From: Octopus sinensis
Lineage: Eukaryota
Direction: 5' to 3'
Assembly: GCF_006345805.1 (NCBI RefSeq)
Contig: NC_042999.1
Location: 152,334,001-152,398,000 of the forward strand
Length of the DNA stretch: 64,000 bases
This document shows positions 41,637-55,800 of the stretch, piece after piece. Position numbers and translations under genes: made by a program. Under the pieces are notes generated by a model. The model saw nothing but the letters and a program-made list of their open reading frames with translations. It did no database searches and had not been told where the DNA came from. Position 1 is the stretch's first letter; each line of letters begins with the position of its first letter.

Positions 41637-41714
41637 ATATATATATATATATATACATATATTTTCTATCAGAGATAACGGCGTTGCTCGGGATTAAAAT
41701 GGAATATTTTTCTA

Positions 41715-42000
41715 TTGTTTTACTTGTTTCAGTCATGCGACTGCGGCCGTGCTGGAGCACCTCCTTTAATCGAGCAAATTCACTCCAGTATTTATTCTTT
41801 GTAAGCCTAGTACTTATTCTATTAGTGTCTTATGCCGAACCGCTAAGTTACGGGAACGTGAATACGGAAACATCGGTTGTCAAGCGATCGTGGTGGTACA
41901 AACACAGATACACAGACAAACAAATATACACATATATACGATATTCTTTCAGTTTCTGTGTACGAAATCCACTCACAAGGCTTTGGTCAGCTTGAGGCTA
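41715..42000 (-). mobile_element. SINE family B, 5'-truncated
   Basis: Tail, body and aaatccactcacaaggctttggtc match 15604-16094. Confidence 0.88.
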
Positions 42001-42141
42001 TAATGATATATATATGTATGTATTTACGTATGTATGTATATGTATATGTAGATATGTATGTATAATATATATATAGAGAGAGAGAGAGATTTATACATAT
42101 ATATATATACGTATATATATTCGCATATATACACATCTATA

Positions 42142-42524
42142 TCTCTCTATATATAAACGGCAGTTTGTCTGTGCGTGTTTCTGTGTGTCTGTTTGCTTGT
42201 ACCCTCACCCTGACCACGGCTTTCAACTGATTCTGATGAAACTTGACACACACATAGCCCAATGTCATAATTCAAGACTAACGCAGCCAAAATTTTGAAA
42301 AGTTCCCCCAGTTCTGAAAAAAATCGATAAATTCGACATGGGGTCGAGAATCAGAAACACGAACCACAAACTGTCTAGGGGACGCAACTCCATCCTTTTT
42401 AACTCTCAAAAAAAAATTTACCATCATTTTTTTCCATTTTTTTCCTATTTTTTGGCTATAACTCTAAAAATGCTTTATAGTTATTTCCCTTACAAACCTG
42501 AGCAACGCCGGGCGATACTGCTAG
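42142..42524 (+). mobile_element. Non-autonomous Helitron (type 3 5' part, type 1 3' part)
   Basis: A|TC...TATATATAAA start; last about 115 nt match 2040-2167; hairpin and CTAG|T. Confidence 0.88.
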
Positions 42525-42580
42525 TATATAGATATATGTATATATATTCATATATATACATCTAAATATATATATATATG

Positions 42581-42680
<100 letters not shown>

Positions 42681-42757
42681 ATATATATATACCCATACTG
42701 GAGCATATACGTGTGTGTAGATGTACGTATATATTATTATATATATATATTACTGTA

Positions 42758-42884
42758 GAGGTGGAATGGGCCAGTGGTTAGGGCAGCGGACTCGCGGTCA
42801 TAGGATCGCGGTGATGGTATCGCGGTTCCGATTCCCAGACAGGGCGTTGTGAGTGTTTATTGAGCGAAAACAACTAAAGCACCT
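42758..42884 (+). mobile_element. SINE family C head
   Basis: aatgggccagtggttagggcagcggactcgcgg...gattcccagac...ttgagcgaaaa. Confidence 0.85.
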
Positions 42885-43372
42885 AAATTTATGTGGAAAC
42901 CAAATATCGAGTCTCTTAACGAGTCGAAGACATTTTAAGTGATTTTCGATTGTTGTGTGTGATACATTTAACCTCTCTACAATCTCAGCACTATCAAATT
43001 CAATTATGTTTTTGATTGGGTCATCATCATCTTCAGTAGGCCGACCAGAACGTTGGTCATCTTTGAGTGAAAATTCTCCAGAAGGCAATTTTTAAACCAT
43101 TTCTAACATATCTCTTTGTGAGCTTCTGCAGCTTTCTTGTCTTTATGGAAATAAAAAAAAACAAAATATGGCGAATATGTTCGGTTTTGTACTTCATATC
43201 AAAATTGACACTGAACTAACAGCCCTAAATAAAATTACGCGCAATTTGCTTCTAAAGTGAGCTAAAAGTAACGGCTATCAAATATCAAAAGGAAAATTCA
43301 TAACACTGGCAAAAGTCATTCAAAAAACTCTATCTAATTGCAATAAACGAAACAAATTTCTTACCAACCCAG
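42885..43372 (-). mobile_element. mariner element 5' fragment (TIR + N-terminal transposase)
   Basis: GEFSLKDDQRSGRP...ERLNVSHTTIENHL...LDIWFPHK (HTH and WVPHEL-like motif); terminus TA-CTGGGTTGGTAAG on the minus strand. Confidence 0.88.
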
Positions 43373-43422
43373 TATTTATGTATGTGTGTCTATTTATGTA
43401 TCTTTTATTTCCCTATCTGTCT

Positions 43423-43771
43423 GTTGAGACCCCCTTCGGTCATGACTGACCATGGGATTGCACCTAGAAAGTTACTCTCCCAGGCACAAGTCCGGGCGAG
43501 GTTGTTTATGGAAGACGAGCAGTCGCCCATGCATACCGGCCTCCCTTCTCCATGCCACCAGTGTTATCGAAGGGAAAAGCAAGGGCCGATACAGCTTGGC
43601 ACCTGTGACGTCGCAACTCATTTCTATAGCTGAGTGAACTTGAGCAACGTGAAATAAAGTGTCTTGCAAAAGAACACAACATGCAGCCTGGTCCGGGATT
43701 CGAACTCACAAACTCACGATCGTAAGCTCGACGCTCTAACCACTGAGCCATGCGCCTTCACTAGCCATGCG
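43423..43771 (-). mobile_element. SINE family D, full length
   Basis: Matches 28424-28756; TSD CCTATCTGTCT at 43412-43422 and 43772-43782. Confidence 0.92.
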
Positions 43772-43897
43772 CCTATCTGTCTACAATATATATAAATATG
43801 GAAGTGTGTGTATACATGTATGCTTGAATATATACATATATATGCACATGTATGTATATATATATCTATACATATATACATACATCATACACACACG

Positions 43898-43973
<76 letters not shown>

Positions 43974-44254
43974 GTATATATGTATATGTGTGTATATATA
44001 AACACGCATACATGCGCATGCGTAAATATCCATAAACATACTAGGAAAATTTTGAGCTATTATTCAAGTAAAACCTACTTTTGCTTTTCAGTTACAATGT
44101 CGGAGGGAAGTGTCCCCTCATTTACTGCTCCACAATGCCCCAGAAATATTCGATTATACTGAGATCAGAAGATTGTGGGCGCCAATGCAAATGGTCTACT
44201 TCACTTTTGTGCTCTTCGCACCAATTTAGAATAACATAAGCCGTGTGAATCGTA

Positions 44255-44447
44255 GCCTTATCGTCGTAACGCAGTGGACACCAAATCATGGTACCACAGC
44301 AGTTGGAAGACCATGGAGACTGTATACTACAGCTTGTGGAATATGTAGGATGTTAAGTTGAAGACCTGAAAACACTAATGGAAGATCGGCAGGGATGGAG
44401 TGAGATAGTCAGGCTGGCCCAGGCAATCAGCCTGACTGGATGATGAT
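44255..44447 (+). mobile_element. RTE-clade LINE 3' fragment, decayed
   Basis: WTPNHGTTAVGRP...EDLKTLMEDRQGWSEIV followed by gatgatgat. Confidence 0.7.
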
Positions 44448-44839
44448 CGTCGTATTAAGATTACTCTACCATCATGGAACACTCTTTGTACTGTGGGATG
44501 GGCACGATTAGTCGAAATACTCAGAAGATCCTTGACATTAACTTACTGTGTCGAACAATTAAAGGGTAATATGGCAGCTCAAATCTTCACAGAGCCACCT
44601 CTATGCTTCTCGATAAGGAGACAGACAATCAGAATTGGTGGTTCCAGATGTGAATTCGCCCGAAGTGGGACAAAAGCGTGAATGACAGTTCATAAGAGAC
44701 GGTAACCTTGTTCTATTGCGCTATTTACCAATTCTCATAGTCTCATGGCAGTCTAGAACCAGCCTGACACAGAGGTCATTGTAATCATCTAACCTACTCC
44801 CTACCAAATCTGTCAAGCCTTGTGTCAATATTAGAAGCA

Positions 44840-44928
<89 letters not shown>

Positions 44929-44969
44929 CGTCGTCGTTGTTGTTGTTGTTACTATTAGTTGTCCTTAAA

Positions 44970-45197
44970 ACGGCGAGCCCCTTAGAACGTAGGATAAAAT
45001 ATTTAGCGGTATTACATCTGTCTTTACGTTCTGAGTTCAAATTCCATTGAGGTCGACCTTTACTTTTCGTCCTTTTTTTTTCGGGATCGATAACATAAAT
45101 GCGAGCTGAGGGGTCAATGTAACAGAGGGATCGATGTAACCGACTTGTACCCTCGCGCGGAATTGCTAGCCTTGTACCTAACATTTAAACCATTATT
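44970..45197 (+). mobile_element. SINE family A with alternative tail
   Basis: cggcgagc...ttctgagttcaaattcc...gaggtcgacc; tail aattgctagccttgtaccta. Confidence 0.8.
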
Positions 45198-45199
45198 AA

Positions 45200-45325
45200 T
45201 TGTTATTATGGTCGTCGATGTCATCATCATTATCATCATCGTCATCGGCATCATCACCATTGGCATCATTACCATCATCATCACATCATCATTATCATCA
45301 TCATCATCATTATCATCATTACCAC

Positions 45326-45372
<47 letters not shown>

Positions 45373-45423
45373 CACATTGGCATCATTAGCATCATCATCA
45401 TCATCATCATCATGATCATCATC

Positions 45424-45478
<55 letters not shown>

Positions 45479-45545
45479 CCATTGGCATCATTAGCATCAT
45501 CATCATGATCATCATCATGATCATCATCATCATCATCATTACCAC

Positions 45546-45578
<33 letters not shown>

Positions 45579-45870
45579 GATCATCATCATCATCATCACC
45601 ATCATCATCACCATCATCATCATCATCACGGTCGTTATTGCCCTCGTGGTCATTGCCTTCATCATCAACGCCGTCATCGTTGTTGCCATCGTCGTCATCA
45701 ACCTCACCATCATCATCATCATCATCATCATCACGGTCGTTATTGCCCTCGTGGTCATTGCCTTCATCATCAACGCCGTCATCGTTGTTGCCATCGTCGT
45801 CATCAACCTCACCATTATCATCATCATCGTCGTCGTCAGCACCATCGGCTTCCACGTCAGCGGCATCATT
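45200..45870. repeat. (CAT)n tract with an internal direct repeat of period 105 (45627 and 45732)
   Basis: cacggtcgttattgccctcgtggtcattgcc...aacctcacca occurs twice. Confidence 0.95.
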
Positions 45871-46144
45871 CACGGTAACAGCGTGTTCTCAATTCCCATT
45901 GTTTATCACGATAGTGAAACTGTTTCTTTCACTATAAACGTTATCTCAGTTCAATTAATGCAAATACGCCAATTGTATGTGGGTTAAAATGTGTTTAAAA
46001 GAAAAGCCACATACCGATTCTTACACACATACACACATACACACACACACACACACACAGATATGTATGTGTGCATATATATACATATATATATATACAT
46101 ACACATTTACATGTATACATATATATATACATATACACATACGA

Positions 46145-46181
<37 letters not shown>

Positions 46182-46761
46182 CAACGTATATATGTATATG
46201 TATATATAATGCATACACACACACCCATATTTATATATATGTATATATATGTATGTATATATATATGTATGTATATATATATATTATGTATATATGTATA
46301 TATGTATGTATATATGTATATATGTATATATATATACATATGTTGGTATGTATATATATATATACATACATATACATACCTACATACATATACACACCTG
46401 CATGCATAGATACATATATACATACACATACGCGTTTGTGTGTGTGTATACGTACATATGTGTGTATACATATGGGTGTGTAAGTGTATTATGTTCTCAT
46501 TAAAGAATCTGTTTCCCAAAGAATTCTAAATATCAAATAAAGAAATAAAGCACTATCTAATGGAAATCTTCGAGTAAATGGTTCCTATTTACCATTTGTA
46601 CTAGTGCTGCTGCCGATGCTACCGCTGCCGTTGTTGTTGCTGCTGCTATTAGTAGTAAATGGTCCAGAATTTAATTTCTTGAAAAGAAAACGTGTGTAGA
46701 ATTACAGTTTTACGAAAACTCAAAAGATAAAAAATACATAATTATATAAATAATAACTATA

Positions 46762-46849
<88 letters not shown>

Positions 46850-47611
46850 TATATACATATACATAAGGTACAGAAGAGCGTTTGGAGATTTTCGGCAATT
46901 AGGTTTATAAAAGAAGAGAGAATTAAAGAATGTGACTGTTTATTTGTGTATGTATGTAGATACAAACATATATACGTGTGTGTATATATATACATGTGTG
47001 TGTGTGTGTGTGTATATACATACATATATATATATATATCTGTATGTGTTTGTATATATGTATGTATGTTCATGTATATATATGTGTGTGTGTGTGTGTA
47101 TGTGGGTACATATTCATATATATATATGTATATACGCACATATGTGTATATATGTATATATATGTATGCGTGTGTGTGTGCGCGCGCATATATATACATA
47201 TATTTGCATGCATGCATACCTAACAGTATACATTCATATTAAGCATATGTATGAATGTTCGCATATGTGGGTGAACGCGTGTTTATAAGAATGTATATAT
47301 TTATATATACACGTGTACGCTTTTACGTGAAGAAATAACAGAATTGAAATGGCGTCAACGTGAATTTTACAAAACTTAAATTCAATCTACTTCTCAACAA
47401 CTTCACTTCTCCATTCGAAACTATTCGCTTTAAAAAGAAAAGAGAAATAAACACGAGAATCTAACCATCCGAGTGTTGTGCTGACTTCCATTTAATGTCA
47501 ATTATTTAAGCACAAATTTGAATAACATTTTTGTGCCTTGTTGAGAAATGAATTCCTATCCACGACGTCAGGCCTTAATTCTGCTTCCAATAGATGAACT
47601 GATAAGAATAA

Positions 47612-47870
47612 TACTGGTTTCAAACTTTGGCTCAAGGCCAGGAATTTCGGGGGCGGGATTAAGTCAAGTACATCGAGCCCAGTCCATGACTGATAATTAT
47701 TTTATCGACCCCTGACTACATTCTGCATTCAAATTCCGTCGAGGTCAACATTGCCTTTCCTCTTTTCTAGGTCGATAAAATAAGTACCAGTTGAACACTT
47801 GGGTCGAAGTAATTAACTTACCACCTCCCCCGAAATTGCTGGCCTTGTGCCAAAATTTGAAATTAATATT
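47612..47870. mobile_element. Two family A fragments in opposite orientation forming an imperfect inverted repeat
   Basis: tttcaaactttggctcaaggccaggaatttcgggg ... cccccgaaattgctggccttgtgccaaaatttgaaa. Confidence 0.75.
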
Positions 47871-47894
47871 ATGAACAAAGGTAGTATATCTTTT

Positions 47895-48365
47895 ATCCCT
47901 TCTTTCTTGTAGCAGTCATTAGACAGAGGCCATGCTGGGGCATCACTTTGAAGAATTTTTACTCGAACAAATTCTTTTCAATTCTAGGCACAAGGCCCGA
48001 CATTTTGGAGGAGGGGGTCAGTTGATTACATCGACCCCAGTACCCAACTGGTACTTAATTTACCGACCCCGAAAGGATAAAAGGCAAAGTCGACCTCGGC
48101 AGAATTTCAACTCAGAAAGTAGTGCCGGGTGAAATAGGCTAAGCATTTCACCCAGCATGCTAACGTTTCTGCCTGCTCGCCGTCTTAGCGAACAAATCGA
48201 CCCCAGTACTTATTTTCTTATAGTCTGGTACATATTCTGTCATTCTCTTTTAGCGAACTGATAAGTTCCGGGGACGTAAACACACCAACACCGGTTGTCA
48301 TGCATTGGGAGGGCACATACACAGACACAAACGCACACACACACACGCGCATACCCTCGCACACA

Positions 48366-48409
<44 letters not shown>

Positions 48410-48545
48410 GATATATATGTGTTTATACGATGAGCTTCTTTCTATTTCCGTCTACCAAATCCACTCATAAGGTTTTCGTTGGTCCGAGGCCGTAATAAAA
48501 GACACTTACCGAATGTTCCATGCAGTTTGACTGATCCTGGAATTA
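47895..48545 (-). mobile_element. SINE B interrupted by a SINE A insertion (about 47973-48188)
   Basis: CGAACAAAT duplicated at 47964-47972 and 48189-48197. Confidence 0.82.
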
Positions 48546-49059
48546 GATAGTTAGGAAATCATAGCGGCACTTATGTGTAAAATATTATTAGTTCATGTCG
48601 GTCGCTCTTAAATCAAAATACGTTGGTCTGAGAAAAAGGACCGGAAATAGTGTGGGGCAGGGGACGATGGATAGAGAGATGAGTGGATCGAAGACGCCTA
48701 AGTGAAAGAGATAAGTGACCAACCAACTCCAAGGAGCTGCTTATTATTGGTGTAATAAGACGGTATCGTTTCTCATGGCTAAAGCTCTCAGTATGCGAAA
48801 CACTGTCAAAAGATTCCTGATAGTAAATTCATGTTATGCTCAGACCCTTCCTTATCCATCCACAATCTCCAGAACTCGCTTCGTTTACCAATTATTCACG
48901 TTTACACGTTTATGGTCAACATATATTTTGCAACCTCCCTCTGCCCTTCCAGAAATGAGGATTGTGTTGTTGTTGTTGTTGTTGTTCTTTTTTTTTCTTT
49001 TTTCAGATGTTTGCTTATCTTCAATTTTGCAGTTAGTTGTTTATAAGATTTAAGAAGTC

Positions 49060-49720
49060 GAGTTTGGGGCCTGAAGCATTTAGGGATTGCCGTTTATTTG
49101 GTCAATGGGATTAAGATGGATCACCTCCCAGTAAGACAGTAAGGATTTGTTTATGGTTTTAATAGTATGTTATTAACTATTTTCACAAGCTCTTTATATA
49201 TGTTTGTTAAATATTTCACTCAAAAGTTTAAGATTTTATCATTCCTTGGTGTCTTCCAGGTTCTTTGTATTTTGTAGCGTTTGGGTTACTCTTCGTATTG
49301 TTTATAATCTCACACAATTGTTTAAGTTGCAGCGTTTGTTGTTTTGAACAATATCTTCTCGTTACCCATACTTCACAGTACTCTTCGACAACTTTTGCCG
49401 TCAGTGGTGTATTGATTTCTATTTTATTTTGATCTAAGTCTCGATAAAATTCTTTTGTGTTAGAGTCGTATTGTTTATTTCGTTCAAAGGATCGTTGTCG
49501 CTTCTCATACCAACAGATTCTTTCCGATTTAGCATCTTGTTTCAGGCTTTCATTTTTTCGCACATTTTTTGCTATATTTTATTTCTGTAGAATTTTTCTT
49601 TCCTTCTTTTTGCCATTCTTGTGCTTTAATCATTGATTTTGTGAAGGATTGAGCTGTCTTTTATTTCCCATATTTTTCTGTTTCTTACGTTGCTTGCTTG
49701 AGCTGTGATATTCCTATACA
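49060..49720 (-). mobile_element. R4/Dong-clade LINE fragment, decayed
   Basis: RICWYEKRQRSFERNKQYDSNTKEFYRDL...EEY..VW, then PG.D.I-like and RP-like motifs typical of the R4 pre-RT region. Confidence 0.7.
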
Positions 49721-49729
49721 ACTTACTAC

Positions 49730-50054
49730 GGCACTCCGTCGGTTACGACGACGAGGGTTCTAGTTGATGCAATCTGCTCGTGAAATAACGTGCAAGTACA
49801 CAAACACGTGTACCCTTAACATAGTTCTTGGGGAGATTCAGCGTGACATAAAGTGTGACAAGGTACAATAGAAACAGGAAGAAAGAGTCAGAAAAAGTTG
49901 TGATGAAAGAGTACAGCAGGGTTCGCCACAACCCCTGCCGAAGCCACGTGGAGCTTTAGGTGTTTCGCTCTATAATAAACACTCACAACGCCCGGTCTGC
50001 GAATCGAAACCGCGATATATGACCGCTGCTCTAACCACTGGACCATTGCACCTC
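49730..50054 (-). mobile_element. SINE family C
   Basis: Matches 14533-14909. Confidence 0.9.
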
Positions 50055-51224
50055 TACGCTATACAAATAGATATGAGGAAATACATACCTTTTCTCTGCC
50101 GCTACAATGGCCTCTGTGTATATTATTTCGTTTTACCCAGTGATATTGATTTTCTTGTATGTTTTTTTAAAAAGTCTGCAATTTACATTTATAGTGTCGT
50201 TGTTACTTCAATGACAAGGTTACCCCCAGGAAGTACTTCATTGGTTCATAGAAATAGCTACTATCCATTTTAATTAGTTTATTAGTTAAACCTTTAATTT
50301 TTCTATCATATTGATGTAATCGATGTTTAAGATTTCCTATTCTTAAATCTTTTACATATTCTTTTTTTATTCCTATTTCTGTATGCTTTCATTGACCAGT
50401 ATTGTGATTCGTCATTAAGTTAGCACGTTTAATGTATCAGCCTTCCTGGTTAAAGTTCTCAATGTTATATTCTTGTTTGATATTTATATATTTATTTATC
50501 TATCTTTATTATTTGAGTTTTCCTCATGTGTTCTTTCTTTTAAAGTGTTCTATTTGAATTTCTAAATTTCATTTTGAATCTCAGAATGTGCTTTTTATTT
50601 TTTGTAAATTTTTTGTAGATAAGATAGTCTAATGGAACACAACGTTTTTGTGTAGGGTGTAGCTGAAAACTATACATCAGGTATAAAAGCGTATTCCTCT
50701 TGTATCGATTTACGTATTTTTCTGCTTCTCTGCAAGCTTCTAAACACAAAACTTCACCTGTGTCTATGTTTTTTGTTTGTTCTTATTATATAAAGACGGC
50801 TAAATTGGTTTGGGGTTGATATCACTCGTGCGCTTCTTACATGTGTACAAGCTATGGCGACTACTGACCGGTAATGAACGTGTGTAATACGTTATATATA
50901 CGTTAACAAATATTTGTTAGCATAAACTGGAACTGAAGTTTCTCATTAACTGAAATGAAACGTCGTTATCTCAAACAAATTCTGCATTTCGCATATATAA
51001 CCTTAAAAAAATGCAAGATGCGAAATTTTAAATATGGGTGAGATAGACACAATTATATAGTTTAATATTTCACAAATAACACAAGAATATGTCTACGTGC
51101 AATATCTGCCGAAGTATACAATAACACAATAATTTTAGATATATTTTATCGAATTACATTGAATCTAGAACTATAATACAATGTAAACTAAATCATATAG
51201 GAAATCAAATAAAGAAAACATACT

Positions 51225-51424
51225 AAAGTAAATACATTTTTTGTTACTCGTATAGTATGGAATGTAAACGAAGCGCTATATGATGACAAACAGCGTATAC
51301 ATATTAAAATAAATACATTTTTTGTTACACGTATAGTATATAACGTAAACGAAATTATACATGAAAACAACTAAAGGCATTCTTATCAAAATAAAAAACA
51401 CATTTTTTTTGTTACTCGGGTATA
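51225..51424. repeat. Degenerate minisatellite, about 80-85-bp unit, three starts
   Basis: aaatacattttttgttac(t/a)cg recurs at about 51230, 51311 and 51397. Confidence 0.7.
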
Positions 51425-52015
51425 AATGTGTTTTGCGCACGTACACACACACACACAAGATATATATTTCTATAAGGAATATATTTCTGTGTGCATTGGT
51501 TGCATTCATTAGCATCGCTATAAAGAATAAGTTAATTTTTTTTACTTTTTGGTATAAATGCTGGTTGATCATACAAACTAGAATCAAAGCATTGCATCAA
51601 CCGAGACAAAATATCATTATTTCAAAAACGAGGAAAAAACGCATCTATTTATGATTAGTATTTGATAGCAAAATGCTCGCCAGATTTTGTTTTTAAACTC
51701 TGAAATGTAAAAGAATTATTGTATAATAATTTCGCAAATACCGCAAGAATGTATTTTTGTGTAAAATTTACCATAGTGCTCAATAGATTTGAATATATTA
51801 TATGGAATTGAATTAAATCTAGAATTATATATGACATAATGTAAGCTCTTTATATGACATAGCGCAAGCAGTTTAGATACGGGATTATATATGAAAATAA
51901 AGCATACTCAAGATGATTCATGTATGTATTTGTATATTTGTTTTTCTCATATGTACATATAAAAATACATGCACACACGTTGCCCTCTTTCAATGGCGTT
52001 TAAACGTGTATATGA

Positions 52016-52046
<31 letters not shown>

Positions 52047-52189
52047 TGTATGTATGTATGTATGTATGTATGTATGTATGCATGCATGCATGCATGTATG
52101 TATGTATGTATGTATGTATGTATGTATGTATGCATGTACGCATGTATGTATGTATGTATGTATGTATGCATGTATGCATGTATGTATGT

Positions 52190-52262
<73 letters not shown>

Positions 52263-52296
52263 GATAGATAGATATAGATAGATAGATAGATAGATG

Positions 52297-52420
52297 TTTC
52301 CGGGTTCAGTTCCATTGTGTGGCACCTTGGGCAAGTGTCTTCTACTATAGCCTCGGGCCGACCAAAGCCTTTTGAGTGGATTTGGTAGACGGAAACTGAA
52401 AGAAGCCCGTCATATATATG

Positions 52421-52482
<62 letters not shown>

Positions 52483-52729
52483 TGTGTGTGTGTCTGTGTG
52501 TCTGTGTTTGTGTGTCTGTGTTTGTGTGTCTGTGTCTGTCCCCCCAACATCGCTTGACAGTCAATGCTGGTGTGTTTACGTCCCCGTAACTTAGCTGTTC
52601 GGCAATGAGACCGATAGAATAAGTACTAGGCTTACAAAGAATAAGTCCTGGGTCGATTTGCTCGACTAAAGACAGTACTCCAGCATGGCCGCAGTCAAAT
52701 GACTGAAACAAGTAAAAGAGTAAAAGAGT
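52297..52729 (+). mobile_element. SINE family B, slightly 5'-truncated
   Basis: ccgggttcagttcc...caccttgggcaagtgtcttc...ccagcatggccgcagtcaaatgactgaaacaa(gtaaaaga)2. Confidence 0.92.
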
Positions 52730-53301
52730 AGATAAATAGATAGATACATACATACATATATGCATGCATGCATACATACATACATACATACATACATACA
52801 TACATACATACATACATACATACAATACATACATACATACATACATATATAAACGATGTATTTTGTATTGTTGAACTGAAATGACAATATGTACACAAAG
52901 CCAAACGTCATGATTCTGCATTGCATTTAACTGAGAAGAGACATTTACGCATCAGTTGTCGTTAAAGCTGCAAAATGCTACCTAAAATGCCTTCTTCGCT
53001 GCACAGCTCATTAACAAGTAAATGGCCATACTCACTGTTTAGTCATCTTCCAGAATACATGTATGTCTGAGTCTATTTATGTACAGATGTTTGTGTATAT
53101 GTATCACCAGCTGTTAATGATCTATTTTTTTTTAATTAATTCTTCATTAAATTAAATTAAAAGAACACATACGTTGTTTACTTGAATTTTCTTTCAGTCT
53201 CTCTTAGCAGCACTTTAATCTCACTAACCAACTCTTTTTTTTAAATTCTCTTTCTTTCACTCATTGGTTTTATCCTTCCCTCATAGTTACTTACTTCACC
53301 C

Positions 53302-53366
<65 letters not shown>

Positions 53367-53407
53367 ATTTATCTATCTATCTATCTCTAACTATCAATCT
53401 ATCTATC

Positions 53408-53459
<52 letters not shown>

Positions 53460-54420
53460 CTATCTATCTATCTATCTATCTCTTTCTCAGTTTTTCTCTC
53501 CTCTCCCTTCACAAACTCTCTTTGAACACACTTTCCACTTTCTTTCGGTTTTCTCATATTTTTTTCTGTTTAATCTATCAACCTCTATCTATTTGTATTT
53601 ATTTCCACGTCTATACATCTGTCATTAGCTTAACATCAACGTCAATGTTACGTTACTTGACTGGGTATGACAAACAGCAAATACTCAGCCTATCTATCAG
53701 TCAGTCAGTTAGTCACACCCGCTGTTAAATAAGTCACCTTCTGGGATATAAAGACCTCTGTTGTATTATTACTTAACAGTAAATGCTATGTCCCTAGTGT
53801 AACGTCAACAGTCGATGTTTGGGTGTTGTACTCTCTACAACTTTGGTTAAACACAGAATGAACATAATTTTGTATAGCTTCATTCAATATCTACATAACT
53901 CTAAAGTCTATTTCTGTATCTGCTTCCTCTCCTAGCTATTGTCTGTTTGACATTTCTTCCATTCCTGATATTTTTGTCAGCATTTGAAACTATTCAAAAA
54001 ATATATATATTATTTCTTCTAACAGTAACCACACATACTAAGCTTTTAAAAGCAATATACATATTCTATTATTTTTTTCTACTCTTCCATTGCATAGTTT
54101 ATATAATAACGTTCAATTGTTATGTAAAACATGAAAGACTATTTATGTATTTTAAATGTATAATGCTTATTCGTTTCTATGATTAGAAATTCGGATAAAG
54201 AAAAAAGAAAGAAAGATGTATAGTTTATTAACTGAAGGCAGTGAGTATTTTATAGCAAACATTTCTTTCTTTTTTCTTTTTTTCTCTTTTCATTTTCTTA
54301 TTTCTTTTTTCTTTTTTTCTTTTTTCGTGTTTCCGACTCGACTCGAAACGATTTTTCTATTGAAAACTATCTTTTCAAATACATGATACTACATATACAC
54401 ACACGCATATTCTGTGAAGA

Positions 54421-54459
54421 GGTAGCAGCAGCAGCAGCAGCAGCAGAAGCAGCAGCAGC

Positions 54460-54510
<51 letters not shown>

Positions 54511-54533
54511 GGTGGTGGGTGGTGGTGGTGGTG

Positions 54534-54586
<53 letters not shown>

Positions 54587-54683
54587 GGTGGTGGTAGTAG
54601 TGGTAGTAGTGGTAGTAGTAGTAGTTGTAGTAGTAGTATTAGTTATAGTAGTAGTAGTAGTAGTTAGTAGTAGTAGTAGTAGT
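54421..54683. repeat. Compound triplet repeat (GCA)(GTA)(GGT)(GTA)
   Basis: Direct reading. Confidence 0.97.
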
Positions 54684-55141
54684 CTATGGAGTTGACTACG
54701 TTTCCATTACTGCAAGTTTCTTCGTGTATTAGCATTCATCAGATTGTATATCAACGAAGAAAAGGTTCCAATGCTAACAAGTTTTTACTTTTACTTTTTA
54801 TATTTTTTTTTATCTTCAGTCGCACGTGATGGATTGTAGTAAGTTTCCGATTGGTCTTATAATTTACATCCGGTAGAGTACTGCGCTTTTGTTTGGTTTT
54901 TTTTTTGTTTTTTTTTGTTTTTGTTTTTTTTTTCACATTTATGCGTTCCGCGGTAGAACTTACATGGTGACATTTCTCAGTTTAAAGTGTCTGCTAGTTT
55001 TGTTAGCATGCGTTATTTTTATCTTTTGCTCTCTCTCTCTTTCACACACACACACGCACACGCACACACACACACAAACTCAAGCATAGGTGCGTGTGCT
55101 CATATCTGTATGTGTCTGTGTGAGAATGCGTATGTAACTGC

Positions 55142-55193
<52 letters not shown>

Positions 55194-55241
55194 TATAAGC
55201 AATAATAATTCTCTAAATGAGATATAGACAGTAACTGCTCC

Positions 55242-55550
55242 ATAACATAAGGGACTAAAGCCATCTGAATATGGCTAGGGACAGGGAGGGTGGTGGGGGT
55301 GTTACTGTTGCATTTAGCCCCAGGCGAACATCAACGTCGCCAGATAGGCTTGACACCATCACGGTGTCCTTTAACCTGCAAAGGGAGATAATTCCCGGGG
55401 AATTATCTCCCTTTGCAGGTTAAAGGACACCGTGATGGTGTCAAGCCTATCTGGCGACGTTGATGTTCGCCTGGGGCTAAATGCAACAGTAACACCCCCA
55501 CCACACTGCCCTGTCCCTAGCCATATTCAGATGGCTTTAGTCCCTTATGT

Positions 55551-55553
<3 letters not shown>
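55242..55553. repeat. Near-perfect 312-bp palindrome (arms about 155 bp, 1-nt centre at 55397)
   Basis: ataacataagggactaaagcc...gataattccc-G-gggaattatc...ggctttagtcccttatgttat; one small mismatch/indel patch. Confidence 0.97.
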
Positions 55554-55586
<33 letters not shown>

Positions 55587-55598
55587 TCTATATATATA

Positions 55599-55800
55599 GT
55601 AAATAAAAAAAAGCAAAGAACAAACACAAAACTAACAACGCAAGGACGTAGTACATGTAAAGTATTAGCAGATGCTCAGGGAAGGAAAGAAAAGTGGTTT
55701 AACGTTTCGAGTAAAGCTCTTCTTCAGAAACAGAGAGAAGTCCAATAGAAAAGGAAGACGGAGGGAGAAATTCGGCAACGATTCACATCTGGTTCCATTT
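55599..55800 (-). mobile_element. Family E2 element
   Basis: Homologous to 7929-8137; abuts (TA)n. Confidence 0.65.
55697..55731 (-). ncRNA. Minimal hammerhead ribozyme in family E2
   Basis: GUUU-CUGAAGA-A-GAG(CUUUA)CUC-GAAA-C-GUU-AAAC: intact core, 4-bp stem I, ACGU palindromic stem III. Confidence 0.65.
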
